Source: Antedon mediterranea (taxonomy: Eukaryota; Animalia; Echinodermata). From it: a stretch of DNA of 64,000 nt. Below the pieces are notes generated by a model. The model ran no database searches. It was not told the DNA's origin and worked only from the letters and a program-made list of their open reading frames with translations. This document shows positions 13,398 to 28,000 of this stretch, piece by piece. Within the stretch, counting starts at the first letter, position 1, and every line of letters begins with the position of its first letter. The position numbers and the translations under genes are program-made. The DNA lies in assembly GCF_964355755.1 (NCBI RefSeq), contig NC_092675.1:30104912-30168911 (forward strand), in the 5' to 3' direction.

Positions 13398-16300
13398 ATG
13401 CAATTCCACAGGATCCATGGTAAAAGCATTGACCTTTCACAAGATGATACGTGTGTGAAACGAACGCAAAGCTTTAATTATGGCATCGTGTTTGGCAAAG
13501 TGCCAATCACAGTGGAAGAAAAGGTTACCGTTGAGATTACAGAAACAATTTCGGAATGGAGTGGCGGTTTGCGATACGGGTTCACAAACATTGATCCCGA
13601 TACGCACGATGCGGAGAAACTTCCGCCATACGCTATCCCAAACCTCAGCAGGGAGCCTCAGTACTATTGCGTTGCTCTGAATGAAGCGGACGCCAAGACA
13701 GGGAATCGTTTGTCCTTTTACTTTACCAGTCAATGTACGTGTATATCTTTAGTTAATAATAAACCATCAACTGAGAAAAAAATGGACAAGATAGATGTTA
13801 GCAAACCTGTGTGGTTTGTGATGGATGTGTATGGCTGCACTAAAGGCATCAAGCTCGTTATGTCTGGTAATTCACTTATTTTCTTCTTTTTTGACCATAT
13901 TTAATGAGGGTAATCCATCCAGCAATTGCTAATTATTAGAGTGGAGTTGTAATTTTGTCCTTAGAAAAAAATCATGACACGTGACAGAACTTGAACCCAG
14001 GCTACTCGGAGTGGTAGCCAAGCATCAAGCGTCACCACCAAGCCACAACCCCACTAAGAAAAGATAAACTGTTGCATCATGTTTGTATTTTTCCATTACC
14101 TTATGTATAAATCAATTTTCCTATTAAAACATTTTTAAAACATATCAATTATTAATAATAAATTAATCAAAATGTAACCAATCATTATTACATTGGTAAT
14201 GTTTCAACCAGTGTACAATGATTTGAAAATGTTATTATTACTTTAATCCAAGTGAATTCAAGGGTCTGGAGGTAAGTTTTCAACCTGACCACTTTTTCAC
14301 AGAGGCTTTTGACAACTCGGTGGTTTTTGAACAGAGATTGTTCCTTTATCTTACGAAAACCGCACCACCTTATTTCTCGTGGCTACACCACTGGTCTTTT
14401 GTTATTGCAAATCTGACATCTCAATTTTCTATAGATTCTGAAGCTGCTCCAATAGAGATTTTTGTCAGAGGGCGTGAAGCTATGGAGGCGTTTTTAGTCG
14501 CATCAAGAAAAGGAACTAAACCGGTGTACCGGACCCGTTTGATGTTGGTGGGCCAGGATCGAGTTGGGAAAACGAGCCTGAAAAGATCACTGACAGGTCG
14601 AAGGTATTTTAAATTTAAATTATTAAGTAAATGTTCCATTGTTTAAATATTTGTCCAATTTTCTAGTGAACTATTACAGTAAATCATCGTTGCTGTATAT
14701 TTGTACTGTTTTTACTGAAACGGTATTGATACAGGAAATTACACATACTTCAGCAGCACCTGCCACACCTCAGATCATGTGACCAGCATGAAAAATCGAA
14801 ATTACTTTATCGTTTTTCTTTATATTATAGCTTTTTACTTTTTTTGTTATCTATTGAGATAGTCATTAAGATCTAGCCATTTGTTCAGTAATTTGCCTTT
14901 GGATTATTATTAAATTCACAAATGTATAACAGTTACCACTAGATCTCATATTTCACACAACAAACTGCATGAACAATAAACTGTTGGTCTTGTTGAATAT
15001 ATCATTTAACAAATTTTTCTTTCCCTAACATTTACTCTTTTTATACAATTTAGATATTTAATAACTTGTCACACTTGATTGATTTAACACTTTTCTTTTT
15101 AGCATATTGATTCTTGTTAGTGTTTTGGATGTTTACCCACCGGCTATCTTAGTTCGTCTGTGATTATAGATTTGCGTATACTATATACAGTTATCTTTTG
15201 TTTCTTTATGACATCACAAAGCTTATACAAACAATACATTTTCTTTATGGATTTTAATTTCTATACATTGATTTGTTTTCAAATTAATTTGTACTTGACA
15301 TACATTGTTAATTAATATTTAGGTTTTCATGCATCAAATCCAATTAACATTCCATATCTTCTATACACTGTATAACAATTTATTTATTTTGTTGCTATTA
15401 AACTAAAACAAAATTAAATTGTTTATAAGATCCTTGCCATTTCATTGGTTTATTTTGGTGCGATTCATAATTTTCTCCTATTCCAACGATTGAAGGTACT
15501 ATTGCATGATATTTTGTATTCTGTAATATTTGTTGTGCAACTTGGTAGGTCTTAATATTTCATGACCGACTTGTACAGTAGTGTGTGCCGTCTATTAATC
15601 TACACTTTGCTTCGAGGCCATGATCTGAATGCCAAATTTATGCATGGCCTAGTTTTAGACATTCCATTCAAGATATAAATTAATATAAGGTATAAGATTA
15701 ATTGATTAAAAATTTATGGATTTATATTGTTCTTGAATTAGATGTGTTTTGTTTGAATTTTTGGTAATATTTGAATATTTTTGTTTATTAAAAACCTCTC
15801 CCATTCAAATCAATATAACTTGGTTTTTTGTTTTCAGACATGACGCAAAAGAAGTGAGTACAGATGGAATTGACACTGCCGATATTTGTAAAATTACAAG
15901 TAAAGATTCTAAGCCATGGAAAGTGTATGCAGCAACTAACGAAGATGATCAAGAGACAAAAACATCATCAGGTAAGTTGATAATAATAATAATATTTGTA
16001 CAGAAAAATTACTGATGAATAATTCTAGGAAAAATTGTGTGAAAATTATAATTTTATTATTATTCTGATTGCTTAAAAACTATTAATTTGATGTGTCTGA
16101 GTTTATGCATATATATGTCTATCCATCTATATGTCTATCCATCTATATGTCTATCCATCTACATGTCTATCCATCTATATGTCTATCCATCTACATGTCT
16201 ATCCATCTACATGTCTATCCATCTACATGTCTATCCATCTATATGTCTATCCATCTACATGTCTATCCATCTACATGTCTATCCATCTACATGTCTATCC

Positions 16301-19300
16301 ATCTACATGTCTATCCATCTACATGTCTATCCATCTACATGTCTATCCATCTATATGTCTATCCATCTATATGTCTATCCATCTACATGTCTATCCATCT
16401 ACATGTCTATCCATCTATATGTCTATCCATCTATATGTCTATCCATCTATATGTCTATCCATCTATATGTCTATCCATCTATATGTCTATCCATCTATAT
16501 GTCTATCCATCTATATGTCTATCCATCTATATGTCTATCCATCTATATGTCTATCCATCTATATGTCTATCCATCTATATGTCTATCCATCTACATGTCT
16601 ATCCATCTACATGTCTATCCATCTACATGTCTATCCATCTACATGTCTATATGTCTACATTTCTACAGTATGTGTGTATGTGTATACATGCCTATGTGTC
16701 TAATGTCTTTAAGTCAATGTGTCTACATGTATATATGTTTACATGCCTATGTGTCTAATATCTTTAAGTCAATGTGTCTACATGTATATATGTTTACATG
16801 CCTATGTGTCTAATGTCTTTAAGTCAATGTGTCTACATGTATATATGTTTACATGCCTATGTGTCTGTCTTTAAGTCAATGTGTCTACATGTACAGTATA
16901 TATGTTTACATGCCTATGTGTCTGTCTTTAAGTCAATGTGTCTACATGTATATATGTATACATGCCTATGTGTCTAATGTCTTTAAGTCAAAGTGTCTAC
17001 ATGTATATATGTTTACATGCCTATGTGTCTAATGTCTTTAAGTCAATGTGTCTACATGTGTATATGTTTACATGCCTATGTGTCTAATGTCTTTAAGTCA
17101 ATGTGTCTACATGTATATATGTATACATGCCTATGTGTCTAATGTCTTTAAGTCAATGTGTCTACATGTATATATGTTTACATGCCTATGTGTCTAATAT
17201 CTTTAAGTCAATGTGTCTACATGTATATATGTATACATGCCTATGTGTCTAATGTCTTTAAGTCAATGTGTCTACATGTATATATGTTTACATGCCTATG
17301 TGTCTGTCTATAAGTCAATGATGTGTTTATGTGTTCGCATGCGTCTGTCTATTCGTCTGTGATTACATAAATTATCTATATCAATGTAATAATAAGAATA
17401 AGGCAATTTTAAAAGCTCTTTGTTATTAAAATGTAATGATAACCTTCAATAGGATTGATTCATATTATACTAGTCTATTGTCGTGTTGAGCTAAGTTCCA
17501 TTATGCTTAGGTTTAGCCATGTTTACTTCATTGTATATGCTAACAAAGTCCTACAGTATGTACCATGAATAAAATGATAATTAAGTTAATGGTTATGTAA
17601 GCTGTTTTTGGAACACTACAAACTGAAATTAAAGTATATTTCACATTTGTTTTAATTAATTATAACAGTGAATTTTTATTCATTTGTTTTTTACTGGAAA
17701 TTAACTTATATATGTATAAATGCCCACAATATAATTTAACTGATTTACTTTAAAATTTTTAATTTAAAATTATAATGAATGCAATGTTTCAATGATATAT
17801 TCTCCCCTAGCTTCATATCAGTGCAGTCAAATAAGGTGCTTTTTCCCCTGTTCACTACACTGGCTTTGTGTGTACAACAGATAAGGCAACAGGCCCTATC
17901 CATCCCGAGTTTCATATGCAGTTTATAGGCCTTATTTGATCGTTCTGCCACTAGAAAGTGTGATATGCCCAAATATACTTAGTGATATTGTCTTATGGTA
18001 GTGATATGACACCATCATGCCCATATATGGGCACATCACATTTTTTTGTCACTTAAAGTTTGATAGTACAGTGTAGATAGAGCTTTATGATGTTACTGTA
18101 CACTGTCTTATCTGCTTTGCCACTCTTAAAATATAAATTGTAGTGATAGGAATTGAATGACTACATTCTTGAATAAAGATATTTAATATAATTAATGGTT
18201 ATTGTTTAGATGTACCTTCAGCAGAGGATGAGTTTGCAAGAGCTATTGCTCATAATATCGTGCAAGAGTTGTGGAATAAACGATTACGGAAGAAAAATGA
18301 TGACAACACACAGATGTCAAGTCAAGTCATAAACAAACAACCTAATCAAAACCAGGTTTGTCTTTTTACTTGTCTAGCAAATTCATTTGTCTCTTTACTG
18401 TTAACTTGAATATTTATTTTCTTACTTGCACATTAATGCACTACATTCACTTTTTCTCATACATTATTAATATTTTTACATTTTAAAAGAATTAATATTT
18501 GTGTCTATTTCGTGCCTAGCTTACCTGGATAAACCGATTAATGCCATATTTCTCCTCGAAGAGCGAGATATACTCGAAAAGTAGAAAATTCATTGAATGC
18601 CCCCCCTCTAAATGGTACAGTCCACAATTCACCATCATCATTTCTTTTTGAGAAAGGTTTGTGGACTGTACCATTTAGAGAGAGGGGTGTTCAATGAATT
18701 TTCTACTTTTCAGGTATATCTCGCTCTTCGAGGAGAAATATGGCATTTATCGGTTTATCCAAGTAAGCTAGCATTTATAGACTGCCAACACCATTTCTGG
18801 TTTGTGTAATTATTGTGTTATAAACACTATTTATAGCTTATTGACGGTAATCAACATAATTTCCGTTTTATTTCAAATTTTCGCAGTCACATACTGTAAA
18901 TAGAAAAATATAATTTGTAAATATATACTGTACATGTATACATTGAACATTACTGTGCAAAACATGGGCTGGCCGTATTACTGTATGCAGCTGAGCTAAT
19001 TTATTTATTAAATGTTGTAATAGTGGAATACTATTATTTATAGCTTTTTGTGGTTAAACATATTGACAGTAATAGTTGATGTCTTCATGTTTTGTGAAAC
19101 TAATAAATAAAATAATACATTTAAAGGTTACATAACTGGTAGTAGTTAGCTATCAGTCAATAGCTAATCGAATATACATAAACTTTGACTTGATATTTAC
19201 AGTAAAAGCAAAAGACATAAAACAAAATCAATATTCATATAGAATTATTTTTTTTTGCAAAGTGAGTTGCTAAAAATTTTGGCTTAATTTTCCGATTAAA

Positions 19301-22021
19301 AACTGGCAAATGGAAGACCAATCAAATTAATAGCTTAATTATATACGTTACCATAGCAATGGTAGTGGTATAATTTTAACCCTGAATTGTCTGTCATGTT
19401 TGTAAAGAACACTTGCAATTTACTCTGCATGCAGATGCATAATTTATTCGATAGAGATGCTGTGTGCGAATTGAGACTAAAAAGCACAATGTGAACTGAG
19501 CTAGGTGGGGTGGTGTCTATTTTTGTGATTAATTTATCTTTGTTGATATGATTTTTTTAACAGTAAGTTTCATCAAAATAGGATTACATAACCTACCAAA
19601 TACAGTATAGACAAGCTGAGTTAAAAATTTTAATTGTATTAAGTCATGCTTAAATATTTTATATAATTCACTAGATATTATAGTGATGCCAATATGAACA
19701 TTAATTTTTTTTAGTACATTTTCACACAAGGATAATATAAGATTCCGTTCTCGTGCTGATAAGCTCTCTGCACCACAGTGGTGTATGAATGAGTAGGTGA
19801 ATTTTGACTGTCATATAATATGATTGAGAGATGTGATGTAGACATGACATGACATGACATGACATGACATGACATGTGATGTAGACATGATACAGTATTC
19901 CATGGTTTTTTATTGTGAATCACGTTTGGAGCAGATTGATGCAATAATTTCCTCTGCGATAAATTTAAAATACATGCAACATCAGTAATGAAGTAAAATG
20001 CTTCAAAAATATTGTCTGGTTTTATAATCAATTTGCATAATTTACATAAAAGTAAAATACAATACTGTACATGCAAATTTACCTAACTTTGCATTTGCAT
20101 AAAGTTATTAAGATCCTCATAAATTATTTTATAGGCCTACGTATAAAAATTGATCATTTTTTAACATTGTTATTATTTTATTATTATAGCGGAATACAAT
20201 ACACTCACTGATAACAAAACAACTCTCAAATGTCAGCTGACATTTATAGAAACAAGATTTTGTTTTCTCGGTTTGCATTCTGTTATTTCTATTTTAGTAT
20301 CTTTGTTGTTCGGTACAATATAGTAGCTTTGTGGGAGACATGTATTGATTTTCTTTTTGTTGAGTAAGAAATCCAAGCTAGACATTAGAAAGTAGTTACA
20401 GAGAGTTGTTGCTACATGGCAACTCAAGTGTAGGCTTTTTATATGATAATTAACAACAGTATAATATGCAAATTAAGAATGAATCAGGTATTAACTTTAG
20501 ACTGTCATTAGAAGGTTTCACATTTCGGTGTAAAAGATTCTTATTTTATTATCACTGGACAGAATTTTAATAATTGTCCCTCAAGCTAACAAAAATAAAC
20601 AATATAAAATCCAATGAATTTTCTTTACACAATTTACAAAACATTAATAAATACAATTTAATTTTCTTTCTCCACTTTGAGGCCTTTTATTGGAACATAG
20701 TTGTTTATTTATTTTCTTGGCAATTTTTATTTTATACTTATATTAATGTACATGAACGACACTGAAAGTGTTAATTCAATTAAAAAAACAGAAATACTGT
20801 AAATCAAATAAATTTAAAAAAAATATAAGCTAGGTGTGTTTAATCATACATTTTTAATAACCAACCATAGATCAAATAGGTTCTACAAATTGTCTATTTT
20901 TGTTTTTATTTCAGAACCAAACAAAGGAAGGTAAAGAAGAAAGCAAAATATCAACTATGGTAATTTTTATTTTATATGATACTGATTTATCTTGTTGACT
21001 ACCAAATCTAGTTATGGTTTTTACCAGGCTACTGTGAGCTATGTCTTAAACTTTATTGGTAAAAAATGTAAGATAGTCAGATTACATTTTCAGTCTTCTC
21101 CTGTGAGTTCTGTTTTGTGAAACTCTTATTGGGTAACTTACTACACTATCAAACGTTGTGACAAAAAATGTGATCCATATATGGACATGATGATGTCATA
21201 TCTCTACCATATTTTGTCAAACTAGTTTGGTAATGTAGACAGAGCTTTAAAGTGCTGGAGAATGGAACAGTGGCCGTTGTTCCTCTGCATCCTTTTGCAT
21301 TTACCTTTTGGTTAATTATAGGATATTGTTTGGATTCTTATTTTTGTGTATAATAACTATTATTATTATTATTATTAACATCAAAATAATGTAATGCTGT
21401 AACTGTAAATGTTCTTTTTCTGGCAGGAGGAATCATTTACGGGTCAAGCTGATGCAAGGAACAAAACAAAATTAGTAATGAATGACATCACCGAGCAGGT
21501 GAAAGAAGCTGTTGGTCAAGAACTTGTTGATCGAGTCTTGACAATGGTGAGTGAGATGCTAAAAAAACTTGAGAGTGGTCAAGAGGTCATCGAAGTAAGC
21601 AAAACTGAGCAACAAGAAATAATGATGAGTATCTGGGATTTTGCTGGTCAAAGTGTCTATTACACAACTCATCAAGTATTTTTGACAACAAGAGCGATTT
21701 ACATCATCGTTTTTAACTTGACCCATGACCTTAACAGCCAAGCTATCGTACAAGTTCGCCGTGGAGAAGGCCACAGTAATGTGAGTAGGTTTTAATGTCA
21801 TTAGTATCATGTAGGTTGCTGTAGTGAGGTTTTTCATTTCCACTACTGTAGGTGAATGCATTGGTATGAATCTTAAGGATCAGATTATGCACATGTGTAT
21901 TCATATCTCCTTCCAATTTTCTTTTTGCAACGAATTATAGTTCTTGGAATTTGATTCAACAAAATTAGTAATTAGTTTCTTACAGGTTTCACATTAGGTG
22001 CTTTACAGTATAAATCAAGAA

Positions 22022-22058
<37 letters not shown>

Positions 22059-25000
22059 TTTTGCAAAGCAAATTGTGCAATCAATCACAACTCAGGAAAT
22101 GAATTATGATTAATTAATCATAAAAGGTCTGCAGGCATGTTAGGCTATTCATTCTTTGTGGTAGAAAATAATAGAGTAGCATGATTTTTCCTATGCAAAA
22201 ACTTTGGTTTCGCACAAATTAATTTGTTAATGTTGCAATCTTTATGATTGTCTGCAAGTATTTTTATTTGATAAATATTCTTTACAATGTTAATCAATAA
22301 ATTTGGGGTTTTTTCAGATTGAATGGAAAAAAAGTGAACTTACAAATATAGACTTCATCAATTTTTGGATAAACTCGATTCACACACACACGGCAGAATC
22401 TGGAGCTAGCGCGCCATATGACAACAATGATCCGTACAACACAACATCACTTTCACCTTCTGTGTTCTTAGTCGGAACACATCGAGCTAGTCTAAGTGAC
22501 GACAAGGAGACCCAGTGGAAGATTGTTAGTAACTTTATTTTATCAAATTGTTTATAAAAAATAATATTTTAGTAAATTAAGTTCACTTAAGTTCAAAACA
22601 GGTACTCTAAAGCTCTATATCTACATTATCAAACTAATTTGAAAACAATTGTATGATGTGCCTAAATATGGCAGTGATATCCCCAAATATGGTAGTGATA
22701 TGCTTAAATATGGGAGTGACATGACATCATCTTTGTCCGTATATGGGCACATCACATTTTTTTGTCGCATAAAGTTTGATAGTGTAGACAGAGCTTTAGA
22801 CTTGCTATTTTAATTTGGTGACATCAAATGCACAAAAAAGAATATTTCGTTCACTACATTTTCAGGTAAAAGAGAAGTTTAAAGTTATTGCTGAAAGTTT
22901 TCGAGACAAGGTGTACAGAGGTCATTTTGTGGGTCAATTCTATGCTGTTGAGAATAATATTGATGACGAAGAAGATGAACAGGTAGAATATCAGTTACAT
23001 TTATTATCTTATTGCTAATCATTGTTGTATTTACGACCTATCTGATGACAGTATTCATTTCATTAATGATGTTTAGGTATATTTTTTATCTAAATGACCT
23101 TTAAAGCCTCATTAGCAGGCCTTTTGTTAGTTGGTTCTTTTATTGTTATATGTCTATTTGCAAAAAGTAATAAACGCCATCAATGTTCATTTTATTGTTC
23201 CTCATAAAGTAAAAAAAAAAAGATCATAAGAAAAAACCTTGTTACAGTGTGTGGAATCTAAAGTAAGCCAAAAAAGGCTTTAAGGCTGAGTTTTCAAAAG
23301 ACATCAAATTATTATATGTTTTGGTTTTTTATCATTATTTTATTTAATTTTTCTGTTGTCTTCATTATTTGAATGTGTGAAGAATAAAATTGTTCTGCAA
23401 ATTATTGATATTTTGACTAAATATTTATTTTGTAGGTGAAGTTGCTACGGAAACACATAGTAAGCATAGCATCTAAAGAGCGTTACATGGGTGAACACAT
23501 GCCGGTGTCGTGGCTGCAGTTTGAGCAACAAGTTGCAGAGATGATTGCCAGAGGGATTAACTTTATACCTATAGATCAGGTATTAAATAAATTAGATTAA
23601 CTCCCAACTGATCAACCAATTTTACACCAATTGACAAACATATGGTAGTAATACCGTATGCCTAATTATGGTAGTGATATGATGTCATCGTGTCCATATA
23701 TAGGCACATCACATTTTTTTGTCATATAAAGTTTGATAGTGTAGACAGAGCTTAAGTTGACCGCATGTGCCTATACAGATAGACACATTTTATCGAAAAT
23801 TGTACTTCCAGTATAAGAATTGTTTTTATTTTATCATCTTTTTTATTAGGGAAAAGATATCTGCTCTAGATTTGGCATAGAAGAGGATCTACATTCCATG
23901 TTACACTTTTATCATGATCTTGGCGTTATCATCTATTACGGACAAAGTGGTGCAGTTGATGAATCATTGCGCAATACTATCATACTAAAGCCACAGTGGC
24001 TAATTGATGTTTTTAAGGGAGTTATCACAACTAAAGACATTGACGGACAAGTAAGACTAATAGCATTTTGTTTTTGTGTTGAAATAATACTATCAATATA
24101 TATTTTCAAAATTTGTTTCATTCCTTTCAGTGGAACGAAAAGTATTGAACACTGGGGAGAAACAAACGCTGTAAACTATTGTTAAAGTCTCCAACTCTAG
24201 ATAAACAAACAGTCTGTCACATGTCTACCATGTTTTAATTTACCCACCTAACTGACAACAAATAGTCTTACATCTTGTTACAATACATAAATCCTTCTGG
24301 ATAATTGTTTGGTTTTATTAGAAAATTGATTAGGGAAGTTTGAAATAGATGAACAACATATTGTTGCATAATTTAGGTATTAAATTAAATTTAACTCCAA
24401 ACTGATCAACCAATTTTACACCAATTGACAAACATAAGAAAATTTAAGATTACTTAGTTTTCTCTTTTTACACCAATTGGCAAACAATTAAGAATGATTA
24501 ACGTTACTTATGTTTCGCTTTGTTGAGAATTCTTGATGACAACTCTGGTGGAGGTGAGAAATAAAAGAAACACCAACGCACACTCTTCTGTATAATTATC
24601 CTTCCTAAATCTCTGTCCACACTATCAAACCAGTTTGACAAGTGTGATTTGCCCCAATATGGTATATTGTTACAATACATAAATCCTTCTGGATAATTGT
24701 TTGGTTTTATTAGAAAATTGATTAGGGAAGTTTGAAATAGATGAACAACATATTGTTGCATAATTTAGTTTGATCACGTTACCACCTCTATTTGTTTTTT
24801 TTTTCAGTGGGAAAGGTTTGCTGAAGCATGGCACCGCTTAGACAAAGAAGGAATTCTGGAAGACTCACTTATCAACCACATGTGGTGTACGATAATTGCT
24901 CAGAAGCCAACCCTCATTGGCCTCATGAGCAAGTTTGATCTGCTCTGTGAGAGAATCAAGCCAAAGGTATGAGTTTGTACTTTTCACTGTGTTTAGCCCA

Positions 25001-28000
25001 GCTAGCATACACAAACATTGTTGTGTAATAAAGAACTATGAAGTAACCAAGTTTTATTTTTATTTTTGGTTACACATCTGATAAACATTATTGTGTTTTG
25101 TACATCAGTTTAAAAAGAAAGTCTTAAAGTGAACACAATAAAATGATAACAGTGTAAAGCACTTTCTTCTTGTTTTTTTTCTAGACACTGAAGTCAACTG
25201 ATAAATGGGAGAAGAGTTACTTTGTGCCATCGCGGCTTAAGGACTCAGTGGATCCTAACGATGTCTATGAACCATCCAACAAGGACATTGTCTTCTACAT
25301 CACCTTTGGGGGCTTCCTACCAGGTCAGTTCTAGTCAACAAATTCAATTGTCATGTTCTCATATTGAGTAGATTAGGATTTTAAAATAAATACGTTTACA
25401 GATTGTGAATGGCCAACAGCACTCTATCTCAACTACCCTACAAATGTTTATAATTTCACTTTACGCCATTCAAAAGCAGATACTATAGATACTTATATAC
25501 ATTCCTTTTATATTACTGTAAGTAAGATAATCTTTAAAAGTGCCTCGTAGATATTAACTAATATTTCTTTCTATAGATGGACTTTTCCAAAGAATCATGA
25601 CACGAGCCGTTCGTTGGTCACAGGAGCAAGGAGGACATGAACCAAAGCTCTACTACAGACAGGCACGCTTCTATGTTGACGATGAGCATGATCTCATCCT
25701 CCAGATGGCGCCCTTCAGATATGCCTGCATAAAGGTATAGGTAGCATTTTAGTGTCCTTAACCAATATTAACATGACGTTATAAAATGTAAAAAGTGTTA
25801 ACGCATTATTTTTATTATTTAGGTAATAGTATCAGAGGTTGAAATCTTAGATGATAGTGATGGCAGCACACATGCTGGTGAGTCTTCAGTAGAAGTGCTT
25901 AAGGTCCAAGAGCGACATCAGGTGGCATGCTCTAAGGTCCGCCACTTCCTTGAGTTCACCCTCTCTGAATTGCGACAACTGTGGATAAAACGAGTGAAAT
26001 TCACTTTCTCTGTTGCGTGCCCGTGCAATAAGACATGTGAGCTTCATGGCAAGCCTGGATGCAAAGAGGAATCATGCCGCCATTTTTTGAGTCTTGATGA
26101 ATGTCTGGCAACAAACATCATTACTTGTGACCATCGACGCATCAAGACTACCAAGTACAAGAGGTGGTTTCCAACTGACAAACCAGCTCCTTGTAAGTTG
26201 CTTCTTAATGATTTTTAGAAAATACAGTCAACTCTCTGGACACTTTTGGCTGAAACCTAATATGTCTGGTTTTCTGGAAATTCTGGTATTTGGAATGTGT
26301 TTTTAATGGTAAAAATTAATTTTTTTTTTTTTTTTTTTATTTTTTTATTTCATACTCATCCAACAGCGAGTAACCCGCCAATTACAGGATGGATAAACTA
26401 TTTAAAATTTCACAAGACAAACATATACACAAGATGCTCTACATAAACAAAGACTTATTATTAAGTCTTTGGGAGTGGAGTTGTAAATTGTCATGAGAAA
26501 AAAACCCTGACATATGACAGGCCTTGAACCCAGGACCCTTAGATTGGTAGCCAAGCATCATAACCACCAAGCCACAGCTCCACTCCAATTTGAGACCTTT
26601 TAAGAAAAGTCTGGTTTTGGAAGAGTTTCCAGTTTCCAAAGTATTGGAAGAGTTGACTGTATATACAAATTGAGTGACTTGGCCAGGATCCAAAGACAAT
26701 ATTCAAATGCATCAATGTTATTTTACAATACAATTTCGTCTAAACAAAGGCATTGTCAGCAGTTTTCCATACAATTGAAAATTGTAATGTTTGAACTCTA
26801 CTGTACTATGAAAACTGTCTATTGAATGTTCCCTATTTTTTATAGTGTCTGTACCAGCCCGAGCACCAATATCCAATGAGAAAGACAAAGAAGAGCAGCT
26901 TCCTGATTGGATCAAAGCAGCAGCAAAGCTTCTTAACGCTGGCCCAAGTGGTAGAGACTGGAAGGCGTTGGCAATCATGCTAGGTAATACATCATTGGGA
27001 GCAACCTTTAGAACCTCTTTCTAATTTAAACCTGTTATTAGTAACTACACGTTTGTGTACACAAACTACTGTATACTATAGGTTAAACTTTGCAATAATT
27101 TGTGAACACCTTTTATCTAAGAAAAGTGAAATTTTATCGTTTTATGTCACATTAGATGTTTTCGTTTTTGCAGTGTGTGGTGAAGGAAATGGTACCATGG
27201 CATTAACCAGCAAAGATCATTGATATTGGAACAATTTCCAAAATGTGTCTTGTAATATTTGTAACTTTTCTTGTGTTGTAGGCTACAAGCGTGTAAAGGT
27301 AGATAACTTCTCTGATGAGGTGAATCCAGCACAGGAGTTGATTCTAGACTGGATCTACAGTAGTGGGAACACTAACCTTTCTGTAGACATGATGTTGTCA
27401 TACCTTGAACAGATGCAGAGAGAAGATGTCATTGAGGTCATCCACAAGGCAGAAGGTTTGACCTCTTTAATAAGACTTTTTTACATATAGAACTTAATAG
27501 TACGCCTAATAAGTTTATTATCGGTTCCTAACAATCATGCATTAATAGAACTACTAATGAAGAAAGGCGGACTTGAAGCAAATTTTACTATGAAGAACAG
27601 CCTCTGAGCCCATAAGTAGGCTACACACATACCAGCTAGCTTCTGGCAAAGTTGATACCACCTCTACATTGAATTCAGACATGTATCCTCAAAGAAAATT
27701 GCAATACTATGGTTGAAAATCTACCTTATATATTAACCAATCAGATGTTGTAAATTTAAACATGTGGTATATAGTATCTTGTATTCATCTTTCAGGGTCT
27801 AACGCACCACCACCCTCGGTATTCATCAGCTACAACTGGGGAATCCAGGATTCTGTTAAGCAGTTACGCGATCGGATTGAGAGGGCGGGCTTTAGTTGTT
27901 GGATGGATATCGGTCAAATGGGAGGTGGAGATAGCTTATATGCAAAGATTGATAGTGGTATGAGGAATGCCAAGGTATAATGAACTTTGTAATGTCCTGT

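Noticed and set aside
13437-13733. Antisense or alternate-frame ORFs over real exons (also 14421, 21559, 26718, 28174, 32906, 47310, 51749)
   Set aside because: Shadows of the ROCO, GH16 and STIL exons.
16088-17032. Long ORFs in three frames (up to 241 aa)
   Set aside because: Artefacts of stop-free 16-bp and 55-bp minisatellites within an intron.
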